From positions 64,108,001 to 64,172,000 of the forward strand of contig NC_043008.1 of assembly GCF_006345805.1 (NCBI RefSeq): a stretch of 64,000 bases of DNA, given 5' to 3'. This stretch comes from Octopus sinensis (Eukaryota). The notes beneath the pieces are model-generated. The model had not been told where the DNA came from. It did not search any database and saw only the letters and a list, made by a program, of their open reading frames with translations. The stretch's first letter is position 1. Each line of letters opens with the position of its first letter. The position numbers and the translations under genes are program-made. Below are positions 26,379 through 40,730 of the stretch, one piece after another.

Positions 26379-27355
26379 GCTATATAAAACTCTCCAGTTT
26401 GGATTGACGGAACTAACATCTCCAATTAAGGTAATTTGGTTCATATTTCTAGCAGGTCAGTTAACTACACAGATGCTGTCTCATTAAATCATCAAAACTT
26501 TTTTGATACCATAGATGTTTCAATGCTTTTTGTTTTCATTTTTTTTTCATTCATCCAGGATTGTACTGCTGTATCTGTTTGTCATGCAGCTTATCTCAGA
26601 TCAACTTCAATTAATCATCATCACCATCATTTAGCGTCCATTTTCCTCGCTGGCATGGGTTGGACGGTTTGACTGGAACTAGTAAGCTGAAGAGCTGTAC
26701 CAGGATCCAGTCTGATTTTTGGTTTGGTTTCTATGGATGGATGCCCTTCCTTGTGCCAACCACTCTACAGAGTGTTATGGCTGCCCTTTACATGTCACTG
26801 GCATGGGTGCCTTTAACATGCCACTGGCATGGGTACCTTTTACGTGTGAGTGGCACTGGTGCCTTATATATGTCACCAGCATGGTTGCATTTTACATGTC
26901 ACCAATGCATCCCAGCCATGACCTTATTAAGGCATTGCATATCTTCCTTGTTTATTTTGTAAGAGAGGAAGTTTGTGACTGCTGGAAAATCTAGTATCTA
27001 TTTCCAGTAAACCAAATAACCACTTAGAGACTCCTACCCACCAACTGCCGTCATTGGTTCATGTATCCATTTAAATTTTAATATACATGGTGTAGTATGC
27101 TTTTTTAAGAATTTCACTCTGATTCGTAATTACAAAGCTAATTTGCATTTTAGAAAAACAATCAAGGCTAATAAGGCTTCTTTTTTATTCCATAGTAGAA
27201 AATGCAAACACGAAAGATGTGTCATCCATATTTTCACAAGTAATTAATTTATTAAATGAATAATCAAACTAGTAATGAACTAATTGAGTAATAAAAATTC
27301 AATTGAAAGTTTTTTGTTTTTTTTTTGTTTTTTTAATATTTTTTGTTATGACAAG

Positions 27356-27448
27356 AATGAAAAGCCACCAGTTATGGAAATTCCATTGATACAAAATTTT
27401 AAAAACACAGAGGAGAATCAAACACAATATTTTGTTGCCGATGAATTG
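27356..27448 (+). CDS. Candidate exon (NEKPPVMEIPLIQNFKNTEENQTQYFVADEL)
   Basis: Follows a long poly-T tract and ends at donor TTG|gtaaat. Confidence 0.25.
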
Positions 27449-27895
27449 GTAAATTATCAAAGTTGATAAAGTATCGAACATTTAGGTGAACCATATAAAT
27501 GACCCCAGAAATCACTTCTTAAAAGTCGCTGGCATTACCGGTAGGGATGAGGACTATACCAGAAGGTGTAGACAACATAGGGTGACATTATGTCAGAGGG
27601 TAGGAGTAGAGTGAGTTAATTTTTTTTTTTTTATAAATTATAAAATAGTAAAAAGTATATCTAGTCCATTAGTATATATAATGTAACAAGGAATCAAAAT
27701 ATTAAAAATCAACGAAATTTCTATGCATTTTCATTTCAACCATAACAAACTCTGTAAATCTAAATACCCTTTCGCTGTGTCTATGACATTGTAACTAAGA
27801 GATATAATTTAAAAACAAAAATTGCTAGTTGTTTGTGTCAATACTGTTGACATTGTGTTCAGTGATATATGGGAATTGAGATTTATGTCACTTAC

Positions 27896-27993
27896 ACACA
27901 AAAATGTTTACCAAGGATTCTATATGTGTTGTTGCAAATATTGTCCATGAAAATAGGCAACACCATGGGATACTGCACCGAGTAACACCAGCT
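27896..27993 (-). CDS. Candidate exon, two open frames (SWCYSVQYPMVLPIFMDNICNNTYRILGKHFC or AGVTRCSIPWCCLFSWTIFATTHIESLVNIFV)
   Basis: Acceptor ggttgtccctag and consensus donor gtaagt. Confidence 0.3.
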
Positions 27994-28276
27994 CTAGGGA
28001 CAACCTAACTAAAGGTGTTCAATTTAACAAAGTAGATAAACAGGGTTGGTTGGCCTTGCTTGCCTCTGCTGTTGTGCTGAATAACAAACTATGTCAAACG
28101 CTTTATTTTGGAGACCCCTACATCCTAATACTGAATGAAGATCATTCAACTAAATGGAATTTGTTGGCAAAGATACATTATGGAATTTCAGTCATACCAA
28201 CGCTGATGGGGAACAGAGATTCCTAGTATGGTGTTGTAAAATACATCTCAGTTGCAGCTGTTTGCAGAAGATAATT

Positions 28277-28325
28277 ATCATCATCATCATTCATGTCGTC
28301 ATCGTCGTCGTCTTCATCATCGTCG

Positions 28326-28391
<66 letters not shown>

Positions 28392-28430
28392 CCACCACCA
28401 CCACCATCATCATCAACTTCATCATCATTT
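28277..28430. repeat. (CAT)n microsatellite
   Basis: Read directly from the sequence. Confidence 0.95.
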
Positions 28431-29305
28431 AACGCCTGTTTTCCCTGCTGGCATGAATTAGACAAATTCCTAAATATATCCATGCTTTGTAGCTTAGAGT
28501 TTTGTTTTTATTTTACAAAGATCAATAATCATATTGTGTATAGAGTGCAGAGTAAACAACATGAAGATCTTAGTCACACACTCAGATGAAAATTATGTAA
28601 TATAGCTTACAATAGATTTTTTTTTGCTAATATCCTTTTAGTAACCCTCAAAAGAAATGGTCAAATTCTACTGTTTGTGTTTGATAAATATTTCAATAGA
28701 AGCAACTAAAGGTCAGATTACATTTCCCTTTACTTATAGTTCTTCCTACCTTAGTCTATCAGTTTTCAATATTCTATTTTCTTGCCTTGATTGGGTGTCA
28801 GTGGAATATCAGCTAGCATCTAAAGTTGCTGTCTTTTCAATTATTCATGGTCAAACACTTTATAAGAGAAAGCCATAGAACATTATTATGGCCAATTCAT
28901 ATCACATAAAGAAATATCTAATAACCATGTGTCTTATTACACATCTGTCAATTTATACCAGAATGGTCTTGCCTTTTTTTGTCATCTTTGACAGAAACCA
29001 TTTATTTTCAAACTGAAATGTCTTCACCAAACATCAATGTTTTTTTTTTCCTTCTTTCTTCTATACATCATCTGCTCATATGAACATTAAGAGTTACTGT
29101 AATCAAGCACATTGCTCATTCTGTTACATAAATCACTGACATGGAAAGATTCATTAAATGGTGAGATATGTCTCAGAATAATTCAATATTAAAAAGAAAA
29201 GTATTTATGGCTTGACTAATAGAGAGAATATTATAATAATTCTATTAGTAACAAATGAGAGATTTGATGAAATATTAACAATGACAATCAGTATATGTGT
29301 GAGTG

Positions 29306-29336
<31 letters not shown>

Positions 29337-29339
29337 ATG

Positions 29340-29378
<39 letters not shown>

Positions 29379-29409
29379 GTATGTATTTGTACATATATAT
29401 GTATTTATG

Positions 29410-29498
<89 letters not shown>

Positions 29499-29910
29499 CA
29501 AATAATGGAAACTTTGGGTAAATTAGCTTCACTTAGCAAGTGATATAAGGGGGATGGTTATGCATGGAGGATTATATTTTAAACATTTGTGTTAGGACAG
29601 GAAAAGCATTGTTTCTGACTCTTGTTCCAAGTGTTCAAGACATGTGGGAAGAAGGGAAACGGGTATTCTCAAATCAGGGGCCAGGTCTGGATGCTTGTAA
29701 CTGAGTAGTCTCCACTAAAATTAAACAGTGTCAGATGGTGGTACTAAACTTGAGGACCCATTGATTAAGTCTACTACATAAGTAGGCTATGGTGAAATTT
29801 GAATTCAGACCGCAAGGGATCAGAACAAAAATACCGAAGGCTATCTGATTCAATGTTCTTGTAGTTCCACCAAACCACCATCCTAGATTGGCATTTTTTT
29901 ATTGACAAAC

Positions 29911-29976
<66 letters not shown>

Positions 29977-30199
29977 TATGATGGTCTTCTTTTAGTTTCT
30001 ATCTACCAAACCCATTCTGTGAGTGTACTGGATGCATTTTATGGACCACCAGCACAGGGGCCAGAGGAGGCTGGCAAATGGCCACAATCGGTCGGTGCTT
30101 TTTACGTGTCACCAGCACGGATGCCAGTCAAGGCGACGTTCAGATGGTGCTTTTTACGTGCCACAGGCACAGGTATCACAACTACAATTTCCATTTGAT

Positions 30200-30390
30200 T
30201 TTTATTTTGATGTTGATGTACTTGACTCAATAAGTCTCTTCAAGCACAGCAGGTCACCCTACGATCCAAGGATGGCACAGCAGGCCACCCTGTGAGCCAT
30301 GAACTCACTCTATTTGTCGGGTCTTCACAGTCACAGCATATCTCAGAGGTCTCAATCTTTTGTCATTGCCTCTGTGAGGCCCAACGTGCC
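30200..30390 (-). mobile_element. RTE 3'-end fragment
   Basis: The minus strand encodes TLGLTEAMTKD*DL* (compare TLGLTEEMTRDRDLW at 35830). It is flanked by a duplicated GGTATCACAACTACAAT.TCCATTTGA. Confidence 0.6.
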
Positions 30391-30439
30391 ACTGGCACGG
30401 GTATCACAACTACAATATCCATTTGAATTTTATAAACAA

Positions 30440-30826
30440 CTAGCAGTATCCGTTGCTCGGATTTGTAAGGGAAATAACTATAAAGCATTTTTAGAGAGTT
30501 ATAGCCAAAAAATAGCAAAAAATGCATTAAAAATGGAAAAAAAATGATAATTTTTTTTTTAAATCGCTGACTCATCGTAGACATTTTAAGAGAGTTACTT
30601 CCCTTATATAATAGCGAAAAAATGCATTAAAATGGAATAAAATTATGGTAAATTATTTTTAAAATCGTAGACTCATCGTAGATGCGCGTTAATACCCAGA
30701 AGGGCTCGATATGAATCACGACTATAAGATACCCGCTTTTGGTTACACTGCACCACAAAATGTGGGAGTAGTTAGGAATCTAAATTGCAGGAGACAGACA
30801 CACAACTTCACTTTTATATATAAAGA
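30440..30826 (-). mobile_element. Non-autonomous Helitron, same family as 16017-16404
   Basis: Near-colinear with 16017-16404 and has TC...CTAG ends. The 3' hairpin is partly deleted. Confidence 0.8.
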
Positions 30827-30999
30827 TAGGGGTTAAATTGTTCCTGTAATCCCTTCAAAGGTAGTGCCCAAACATGGCCACAGCCCAATGACTGAAACAA
30901 GTAAGAAAATAAAAGATAAAATGTAATTTTAGTAGGTATTTGCATTTGATTGATATGTGAACTGTAAATGGGACAGCAGAGAAATGGTAACAGAGAGAT

Positions 31000-31233
31000 G
31001 GCGGCGAGCTGGCAGAAACGTTAGCGCGCCGGGCGAAATGCTTAGCGGTATTTCGTCTGTCGTTACGATCTGAGTTCAAATTCCATCGAGGTCGACTTTG
31101 CCTTTCATCCTTTCGTGGTCGATAAATAAAGTACCAGTTTCACACTGGGGTCGATGTAATCGACTTAGTCCCTTTGTCTGTCCTTGTTTATCCCCTCTAT
31201 GTTTAGCCCCTTGAGAGGTAGTAAAGAAATAGG
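31000..31233 (+). mobile_element. SINE family A
   Basis: Colinear with 5035-5271. Confidence 0.8.
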
Positions 31234-31980
31234 TAACAAATATAGCAGTTTCATTACCTAACAGGTTAAAGCAGTTGTCCAGGTGGGGATACTAAAGGTG
31301 ACTGTCATTGTTGCTGTTGCTGGTGGTACTGTAGTGGTTAATGCTGTGTTGTTAGTGGTAGTGGTGGTGTGAAGTATAGTTGAGAGGTCGTGGCACCAGC
31401 GTTGTTGTCAGCTTATTGTTAAGTTCAGTCAGCAATGAAGCATTCTGTTTAGATGCCTGGCACCGACTGCTCCAAATGACCTCCCTTGTTATCTGTTTTC
31501 ACAATTGAACATATCAGAATGAATTATGGAATGGATAATAGGGTCATGAAAGGGCGAATCAACACTTTTGATTGGTTGAAAAAGGTCAAAAGATACCAAA
31601 CGAAACAAACTTTTCCCTTTTCTATCATAAACATTTCTAACCAAAAACTAAAATACAGAAAGGAAGAAAATATCTTGAAAGATAAGATTGTAACCTACAC
31701 ATTAAAAATGCTGAAGGAAACTGAGGCTTTCAAGATCTAATCTTGGCTAGTTTTCTAACAGAACTGTGAAAATATAGTGAAAACCATGGCAGATGTTCAG
31801 AATCTTTAACATAATAAAGTAGTAATCTCTATGACTCTGAGTCTGTGAAACACCCAGTAGAGAGATACTAATATTAAATAAACCAATGTAATACTAATGT
31901 TATTCAGTCACTGTTGGAAGTGTAAAATTGGTTGAGTACTAGAAAAAAAGTCCAAAAGTGCTTAGTTACATCCTTTTATA

Positions 31981-32685
31981 CTCTTTACTTGTTTCAGTCA
32001 TTTGACTGCGGCCATGCTGGAGCACCGCCTTTAGTTGAGCAAATCGACCCCAGGACTCATTCTTTATAAGCCTAGTACTTATTCTATCGGTCTCTTTTGC
32101 CGAACCACTAAGTTACGGGGAGGTAAATACACCAGCATCGGTTGTCAAGCAATGTTGGGGGACAAACACAGACATACAAACATATATGCTCACACATACA
32201 TATATATATACATATATATACGACGGGCTTCTTTCAGTTTCCGTCTACCAAATCCACTCACCTGGATTTGGTCAGCCCGAGACTATAGTAGAAGACACTT
32301 ACCCAAGGTGCCACACAGTGGGACTGAACAGGGAACCATGTGGCTGGTAAGAAGCTACTTACAACACAGCCACTCTTGTGCCAATATATATATATATATA
32401 TATACATATACATACATAGTTATTTATATAAAAATAAATATATATATATATATATGAGTTTGTGCATATATATATATAAATATATACTTATATTTACACA
32501 AACAAATACATATATATACTACAGGCTTCTTTCAGTTTCCATCTACCAAATCCACTCACAAGGCTTTGGTCAGCCTGAGGCTGTAGTAGAAGTCACTTGC
32601 TCAAGGTGCCACGCAGGGGGACTGAACCCAGAATCATGTAGTTGGTAAGCAAGCTACTTACCACACAGCCACTCCTACACCTACA
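31981..32685 (-). mobile_element. SINE family B (31981-32385) plus a second head (32517-32685)
   Basis: Reverse-complement copies of 53800-54195. Confidence 0.8.
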
Positions 32686-33369
32686 TATTCTAAGTTCAAA
32701 TTCCACTGAGCATACTTTTGCATTATACCGGAGTTCGACAAAATATGTCAAGTTTCCATTCACTGTAATCTTAATCTTTCTGCATTTGTGACATATGTGT
32801 CAATGAGAGAAACTAGTATTGATTAGTATTGATTAGCTATTGAAGTAATGTTTAGGTTGAAATAAATATTAAATTCGGTCATAGTTCAACTGAGAATATA
32901 ACTATTTTTCTCTGTTAGGGTATAAATTTCAATACCTCTATATCTCTCTAATAGAGTATACATCTCTCTTTCTCTCACCTTCACTCTCTTTGACAGACTA
33001 TACATTTCTCTTTCTCTCATTCATAAACTCTACACTTCTCTCTTCAGCTCTTTCATATACAGTACATTTCTTTCTCTCTCCTTGACAGATTACATATCTT
33101 TCTCTCTATATATCTCTCACTCTAACTGTGATAGACTATACCTTTCTCCTTCCACAATCTATTTCTTCTCTCTCTCTTTCTCTCTCTCCTCTTTTTCTCA
33201 TCCTCTCTCTTCCTCTCTCTCACTCTGCTACAGTCCTTTCAATATTACTAGAATTTATTGAAGGATATGAATTATTTCGGTCGTATACTTTGGGCTTTTT
33301 ATTTTCATATATGACACCAATATTACACAAATGCTGCTACTTGACATTTCACTGACATTACAGGAACAC

Positions 33370-34030
33370 AATGGGACACTGAAACAATGAGATATTGGCA
33401 TGATGTGACACTAGCATGACGTGACATTGATACAATGTGACACTAGCATGTAAAGTCACTGGCATGATGTGACATTGGAATGATATGACACTGGCACTAT
33501 GTTACACTGACATGATGAAACACTGACATGATATGGCACAATGTGACACTGACAAAATGTGACGACAATGTAAAACTGGCACTATATGAGCCTGACACAT
33601 GTAATGCTAACACAATGTAACATTGTCTCATTGTGAGACTGGTACAGTGTGACTTGACTCAGTGTAACATTGGCATGATGTGACATTTACATCATGAGGC
33701 ACTGGCACTATGTGGCCCGGTTTCAATGTGAAATTGGCATGAAACTAAGAGACATTGGAACAACTCAATGCTTACATAAGATGACACAACAGTGACATAA
33801 TGCTGTACTGATACAACACAACATGGTACTGGCATGATACAATGTGACACTGAGATAATAAGACAGTGACTTGTCATTACAGTAATTCACAAGTGACAGG
33901 ATACAAAACATGCAAGATACAATGCAGCAGTGACATGGCACAACACACCAATGATAGAGTATTGATGTTACACGACAGTGACGTGACATGAGACATCATT
34001 GTCATGATATGATACTTATAAACCAGTGAC
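33370..34030. repeat. Degenerate minisatellite (ATGTGACACTGGCATG-like units)
   Basis: TGACAC/TGGCA/TGATG motifs recur throughout. Confidence 0.7.
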
Positions 34031-35397
34031 TTGTAAAAGCACTCATGCCAGTTCTAGTGCTTAAGGTACCCAGCACACTCTATAAAGTGGTTGGCATTAG
34101 GAAGGGCATTCAGCCATAGAAACTATGCTATGTCAAACTGGAACCTAGTGCAGCTCACCAGCTCGTCAACTCTGGTCAAACCGTCCAACCCATACCAGCA
34201 TGAAAAACAGATGTTAAATGATGATGATGATGGTGGTGGTGCTGGTGCTGGTGCTGCTGCTGCTGGTACTGGTGATGACAATACTGAAAAGGTACTGACA
34301 CATCATGATATGTTATTGACTCTGGAATGACATGACTAAAGAAACTAGATTAGTCACTAATTAGAAGGCTTGACCATTGCCTCATCTAAAGATAGAATCA
34401 TAACAGAATTTTTCATGTCAGCAGCAGCAATTTGTGCTTTATGCTGCCTTTTTTTTTTTTTTCACAATTTGGTGGCATTATGTAGTGTTAGTTAAAATGT
34501 TGGGTTGAAAGGCAATCAGTCAACTACAGCTCACCTTCTGCTATTCCATGATAATGGTGTTCAATGATTACTGAACAATCATTTCTTACAGCTTTCTACA
34601 TTTTGAGTTCAAATGGCACCACATTCAACTTTGCCTTTCATTCTTTTGTGGCCCTTATAATAAGTACCAATTGAACACTGTGGTTGATGCAATCAGCTTG
34701 CCTCATCTCTATAAAATTGATGGCTATGTGCCAAAATTTTAAACTAATAATATTTGACCAATAATGGTTTAAAGTCTTTGGGGATTTTTGCTTTTAATAA
34801 TTAACTAGAGAAGGAAATATAGATCTCATAATCAACATTTCCTCCAGGTTTTAGCTCTGGGTGTTCACAGAAATTTTTTTGGTACATATTTTTTTAGATA
34901 TGATAAAATATACACATATCTGTATGAGTAACCATTCTTTAACTCTTTTACTCTTTTACTTGTTTCAGTCACTTGACTGTGGCCATGCTGGAGCACTGCC
35001 ATTTTAGTTGAGCAAATCGACCCCAGGACTTATTCTTCGTAAGCCTAGTACTTATTCTATCAGTCTCTTTTGCCAAATCGTTAAGTTATGGGAACGTAAA
35101 CACACCAGCATCGGTTGTCAAGCAATGTTGGGGGGACAAACAGACACATAAACGTATACACACACATACATATATATATATCATCATCATCATCGTTTAA
35201 CGTCCGCTTTCCATGCTAGCATGGGTTGGATGGTTCAACTGGGGTCTGGGAAGCCAGAAGGCTGCACCAGGCCCAGTCTGATCTGGCAATGTTTCTACAG
35301 CTGGATGCCCTTCCTAACGTCAACCACTCCGTGAGTGTAGTGGGTGCTTTTTACATGCCACCGGCACGGATATAAATATGTATATATATATATATAT

Positions 35398-36712
35398 AGA
35401 ATAAGAATAGCCTGGGCAAAGTTTAGGGAGCTCTTACCTCTGCTGGTGACTAAAGGCCTCTCGCTCAGAGTAAAAGGCAGACTGTATGATGCGTGTGTAC
35501 GAACAGCCATGCTACATGGCAGCGAAACATGGGCCGTGACTGCTGAGGACATGCGTAAGCTCGTGAGGAATGAAGCCAGTATGCTCCGATGGATGTGTAA
35601 TGTCAGTGTACATACTCGACAGAGCGTTAGCACCTTGAGAGAAAGTTGTACCTAAGAAGCATCAGTTGTGGTGTGCAAGAGAGACGATTGCGCTGGTATG
35701 GTCATGTGGCGAGAATGGATGAAGATAGGTGTGTGAGAAAGTGCCAATCCCTAGCAGTTGAGGGAACCCGTGGAAGAGGTAGACCCAGGAAAACCTGGGA
35801 CGAGGTGGTGAAGCACGACCTTCGAACTTTAGGCCTCACTGAGGAAATGACCAGAGACCGAGACCTTTGGAAATATTCTGTACGTGAGAAGACCAGGCAG
35901 GACAAGTGAGCCCAGCACAATAGAATGCCTTTCCTCCTTGGACACAAAGACGGTTGAGGCAAGCGAAGTCGATATAGAACCTCATCCGACGACAGACACC
36001 CATGCCAACCCTCCATGCTTGCGAAGACATGTTGGGGCAAGCGAAATCGAAATCAAAACCAAATTGAACCAGCCAGGATCCCTGGCCGGTGGTACGTAAA
36101 AAGCACTATCCGACTCGTGGCCGTGGCACGTAAAATACTCCAATGCGACCGTACGACAGGCACCCATGCCAACCCCCTTTGCTTGTGAAGACATGTTGGG
36201 GCAAGCGAGATCGACGAATTGAACCAGCCAGGATCCCTGGTCTGGTGGTACGTAAAAAGCACTATCCGACTCGTGCCGTGGCACGTAAAATACTCCAATG
36301 CAACCGTACGACAGGCACCCTTGCCAACCCCCTTTGCTTGTGAAGACATGTTGGGGCAAGCGAAATCGAAATTGAATTGAACCAGCCAGGGCCCTGGTCT
36401 GGTGGTACGTAAAAAGCACTATCCGACTCGTGGCCGATGCCAGCACCGCCTCGACTGGCTTCCGTGCCGGTGCACATAAAATACACCAATCTGACCGTGG
36501 CCGTTGCCAGCCCCGCCTGCACCTGTGCAGGTGGCACGTAAAAAGCACCCTACACTCACGGAGTGGTTGGCGTTAGGAAGGGCATCCAGCTGTAGAACAT
36601 TGCCAAATTAGACTGGAGCCTGGTGCAGCCTTCTGGCTTCCCAGAACCCCGGACGAACCGTCCAACCCATGCTAGCATGGAGAACGGACGTTAACGACGA
36701 TGATGATGATGA
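35398..36712 (+). mobile_element. 5'-truncated RTE-clade LINE (RT C-terminus, 3' UTR, (GAT)n tail)
   Basis: RIRIAWAKFRELLPLL..VRTAMLHGSETW..MLRWMCNV, then one frameshift near 35645, then RRLRWYGHVARMDEDR..GRGRPRKTWDEVVKHDLRTLGL to the stop at 35909. The 3' UTR ends in GTTAACGACGATGATGAT. Confidence 0.9.
35995..36430 (+). repeat. ~155-165-bp tandem repeat (about 3 copies) in the RTE 3' UTR
   Basis: CATGCCAACCC..TGCTTG.GAAGACATGTTGGGGCAAGCGA..GAACCAGCCAGG..GGTACGTAAAAAGCACTATCCGACTCGTG recurs at ~36001, ~36166 and ~36320. Confidence 0.85.
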
Positions 36713-38247
36713 TGATATATATATATATACACATATATACGACAAGCTTCTTTCTACCTACCAAATCCTTTGTTATCCTTTCTTAGTTTTAAAGTATGTA
36801 CCAGAATGTGCAATTGCATAACTTGTAGGAAACTCTGCCCATGACTTCTACATCTCTTCTAAGCAGACAAATTTTGGATAAAATCTTTTATGCTTTTATT
36901 TAAATACTCAGCAAAACAAAGAAAAATATTGCTTATATTACTGAAATATATCTTAGTATTGATACAGGCTAAGGGCAATATATTTGTAATATCAAACAAA
37001 ATACCTTTTGGTTTTTAGCTTCAGTTCTTTATATTCCGAGTTCAAATTCCACCAAGGTTAACTTTGTCTTTCATCCCTGTAGGGTCATTAAAATAAAGAA
37101 CCAGCTAAGTATTCCAATTGATATAAATAACTGTTTCTTTTCACTCCAAAATTATGTAGGATTTTAGCCTATGTAAGAAATCAATATTAAAACAGCTTCA
37201 AAATGAATTTGATGAAGATTTCTGTTGAATGCTTTCACACTGCTCCAGAAACTGTTAGCATCAGGCAAAATGATTGATTAGCTTAATGCTTAAAAGAAAA
37301 GAAGAATACAGTTTCAAGAATTTAGCTAAGATCAAATAGTCTAAATGAAAATGATTGATCATAGCAAATTTCAAAGTAGTAAATCTCAAAACTTGATTGA
37401 AGTGTGCAAACACTGAGTTCTAATACTAACACAAAACTACCCCTTTAGAGGTGGAGCAGATGTTTAAGACATTCATTTCCATTGACCCACAGTTTGTGAC
37501 AAGTACATATTTTGGTCAGTTGAAGGTGAATTCAAAGCAAAGATGAGAATAGACAAAAATATCAAAATTAAACGATGCAAATTGAATGGAGTGTAAAAGA
37601 AATTTGAGCTGCATAGTAAATGATAATGAGAGAATATTAATTGTTTCCCAAAGTGAATATAAGAAATACCAATGTTATTTGCTCTTGAAAAGCATGGGCA
37701 TGGTAGTATGGTTAAGGAAGTTTGCTTTCCAACCAGATGGCTTTGGGTTCAGTCCCACTGCATGTCATCTTGGGCAAGTATCTTCTACTTTTACTATGAC
37801 CCTAGGATCTGAGTGGATTTGGTAGACAGAAACTAAAAGGAGACCATCATTCATACATACACATATATATATATATCATATCGTCCAACCCCTGCCAGCA
37901 TGGAAAATGGACGTTAAACAATGATATATATATATATTATATATATATATATATCATCGTCGTCATCATCATCATTTTACGTCCGCTTTCCATGTTGGCA
38001 CGAGTTGGATGGTTTGACTGAGGACTGGTGAGCCAGAGGCTGCACCAGGCTCAATCTGATCTGGCAGAGTTTCTACAGCTGGATGCCCCCCCCCTAACAC
38101 GAACCACTTCAAGAGTGTAGTGGATGCTTTTACATGCCACCAGCACGAGGGACAGTCAGGCGGTACTGGCAACGACCACACTGTGTGTTTATGTGTATGT
38201 ATTGTGTGTGTGTGTGTGTGTGTGTATGTGTGTGTGTGTGTGTGTGT

Positions 38248-38281
<34 letters not shown>

Positions 38282-39040
38282 GTGTGTGTGTGTGTGTGCA
38301 TCTGTGGTTCCTGGGCATGCATTCATGTAATAGTTGTAAATGTGCATCATCGTCATATAAGTGGTGTCCTTCATTCCCAATCTTTTGTGAAACATATCTG
38401 GCCACGGCCATGGGGGAATTTTACCTTACTAAAAACAAGTCAGGGTTGGTGACAGGAAGGGTAATTGGCTGTAGAAAAATTTACCGCGACGAATTCTACC
38501 AGACCCATGCAAGCATAGAAAGACGACATTAAAACGATGATAGAAATGATGTAATGCTTCCAACAAGTGGGCTTTGGCTATACTGAAAGGAATATTACTC
38601 TCATATATTAAGTTTCATTTTCTGATGACAGGATTTCTCTTTCCCAGTTAAATCTTTAATTAGCCTACACATTTTATGACTGAAATAATTAAAAATTAAT
38701 GATCTTTCTTAATTAGGGTTCCATCCTTTGTGTCATGAAATACATTAAAGAATTTGAGATAATGATAAAGTAGGTACCTAGTAGTTCTTTACTTTGAGTA
38801 ATCTGCAAACCAATTACTTTTCCTTGCGGCAAACGATGTAATTCATATTTTGTTTATTCTTAACTGATATTTCTAAATAATTTTAATATAGAACTTGACT
38901 TAGCTGACAGCTGAGATCAGATCAAGCTGAAATTATATGTCACACATGAAAACAAACAAAAAAATGACTATTATTAGAGAATTCATGATAAAAAGTTAAT
39001 GGTTGCCAATTATCTAAGCTTAAAAAAATAAACTGTATAC

Positions 39041-39141
39041 ATTGAAAAGAAACTAAAATCTTGAAAATGTTTTTGTAAATATGTTCCAATTATTTTTTCT
39101 ATAATATAATCAGGTATTTCTTCAGAATTAGAAATCTGCTT
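39041..39141 (-). CDS. Candidate exon (KQISNSEEIPDYIIEKIIGTYLQKHFQDFSFFS)
   Basis: Strong acceptor attttgttttgccttctgcag. The donor (gtatac) is uncertain. Confidence 0.25.
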
Positions 39142-39331
39142 CTGCAGAAGGCAAAACAAAATCAGAATAAATTATATGAGATTATGTTGCTAATGTCAGA
39201 TTACACAACTTTGACTTCAAATATTTCTATATCACTATTTATATAATGACTCATGCAAAAACAGATGATGTATGTATGTATGTATGTATGTATGTATGTA
39301 TGTATGCATGTGTGTGTGTATATGCCTGTAT

Positions 39332-39450
<119 letters not shown>

Positions 39451-40369
39451 TATCAAAATAAGCAACAAGGATATCCAGAGGTAATGCAGTATGATTGTTT
39501 CATGCAACTCCATTTAATTGTACAATGCAATCATTACATCAATTTAAAATGTAGAGCAATCTTCAGCTGCACAACAAATGGACACATAAGTATAATTATA
39601 CCTATATATATATATATATCAGTAATCCCCCCAAAATGGAGAAAAAACACAAGCAAAAATCAACGCAAGGACATGGTAGATGCAAAGTATTAAAAGACGC
39701 TCAGGGAAGGAAAGAAAGGGTATTTTATGCTTCAAGTAAACCTAGAGACAGAGGGGAGTCCAAGAGAAAAGGAAGACAGAGGAAAGAAATCGCTAACAAT
39801 CCACATGTAGTTACATTTTGGAATGCCCAGTGCATGTATGCATGTATATATGTATGTAAGCACAGCAGTGTTTGAACTTAGAATGAAAAGGAATAATGGT
39901 AGCATCTGTCATTGAAGTTTGCTGTTTCTGTAAGCTTATTCATTTATATTTCTACTATAATATTGGTTTAAAATTTTGGCACAAGTTCAGGGGAGGAAGT
40001 AAGTCAATTACATCGATCTCAGTACTAAACTGGTACTTATTTTATCATTTCCAAAAGGAGGAAAGGCAATTTGAACTCAGAATGTGAAGACTGATGATCT
40101 TTCAACTATAATATTGATTTCTAGCAATGGTGTAAGACCACAGGATTTGTTAGTGAGGATGCAGTGGATTAAATCAACTGCAATACTTGACTGGCATTTT
40201 ACTTTGTCAATCCCAGCTGGGTGAAAGGTAAAGTCTTAGTGAGAAAGTAAAGGTCCACAAATAAATAACAAAACGTATTTTATCCAATGCTCTACCACTT
40301 TTTCCTCTCTAAACAATAATATTGAATATTTATTTGTATAAGCAGGAGGAACAAGTCTCAAGAAGAAGT

Positions 40370-40730
40370 TATCACAGAAATCTACATTATCACCAAGATC
40401 AATATTATCATCATGAAAATGAACATTATTAGCAAAAACAATATTACTATTACAATCAATATTATTACCAACATCAGCACTATCCCCAAACCAAATTAAT
40501 ACCAGAATCAACATTATCACCAAAATTAAAAATCACCAGAATTAACATTATCAATATATATAATCACGAGTGTCAACATTATCATTAGAACAAACATTAT
40601 CGACCAAATCAATCGACATAATCCCCAGAACTAGCATTGTAATTTGAAGCAACACTGTTACTACAATCAATATTGTCCCCCATAATTAATGTTATTGTAT
40701 GATCAGAATTATGATCAGAATTAATGTTAT
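40370..40730. repeat. Degenerate ~18-bp minisatellite (ACATTATCACCAA..TCA)
   Basis: [AT]ATATTATC/ACATTATC recurs about every 18 nt. Confidence 0.6.

Noticed and set aside
35995-36430. Repeat-spacer appearance suggesting a CRISPR array
   Set aside because: The units are 155-165-bp whole duplications with no unique spacers, and they lie in a eukaryotic LINE UTR.
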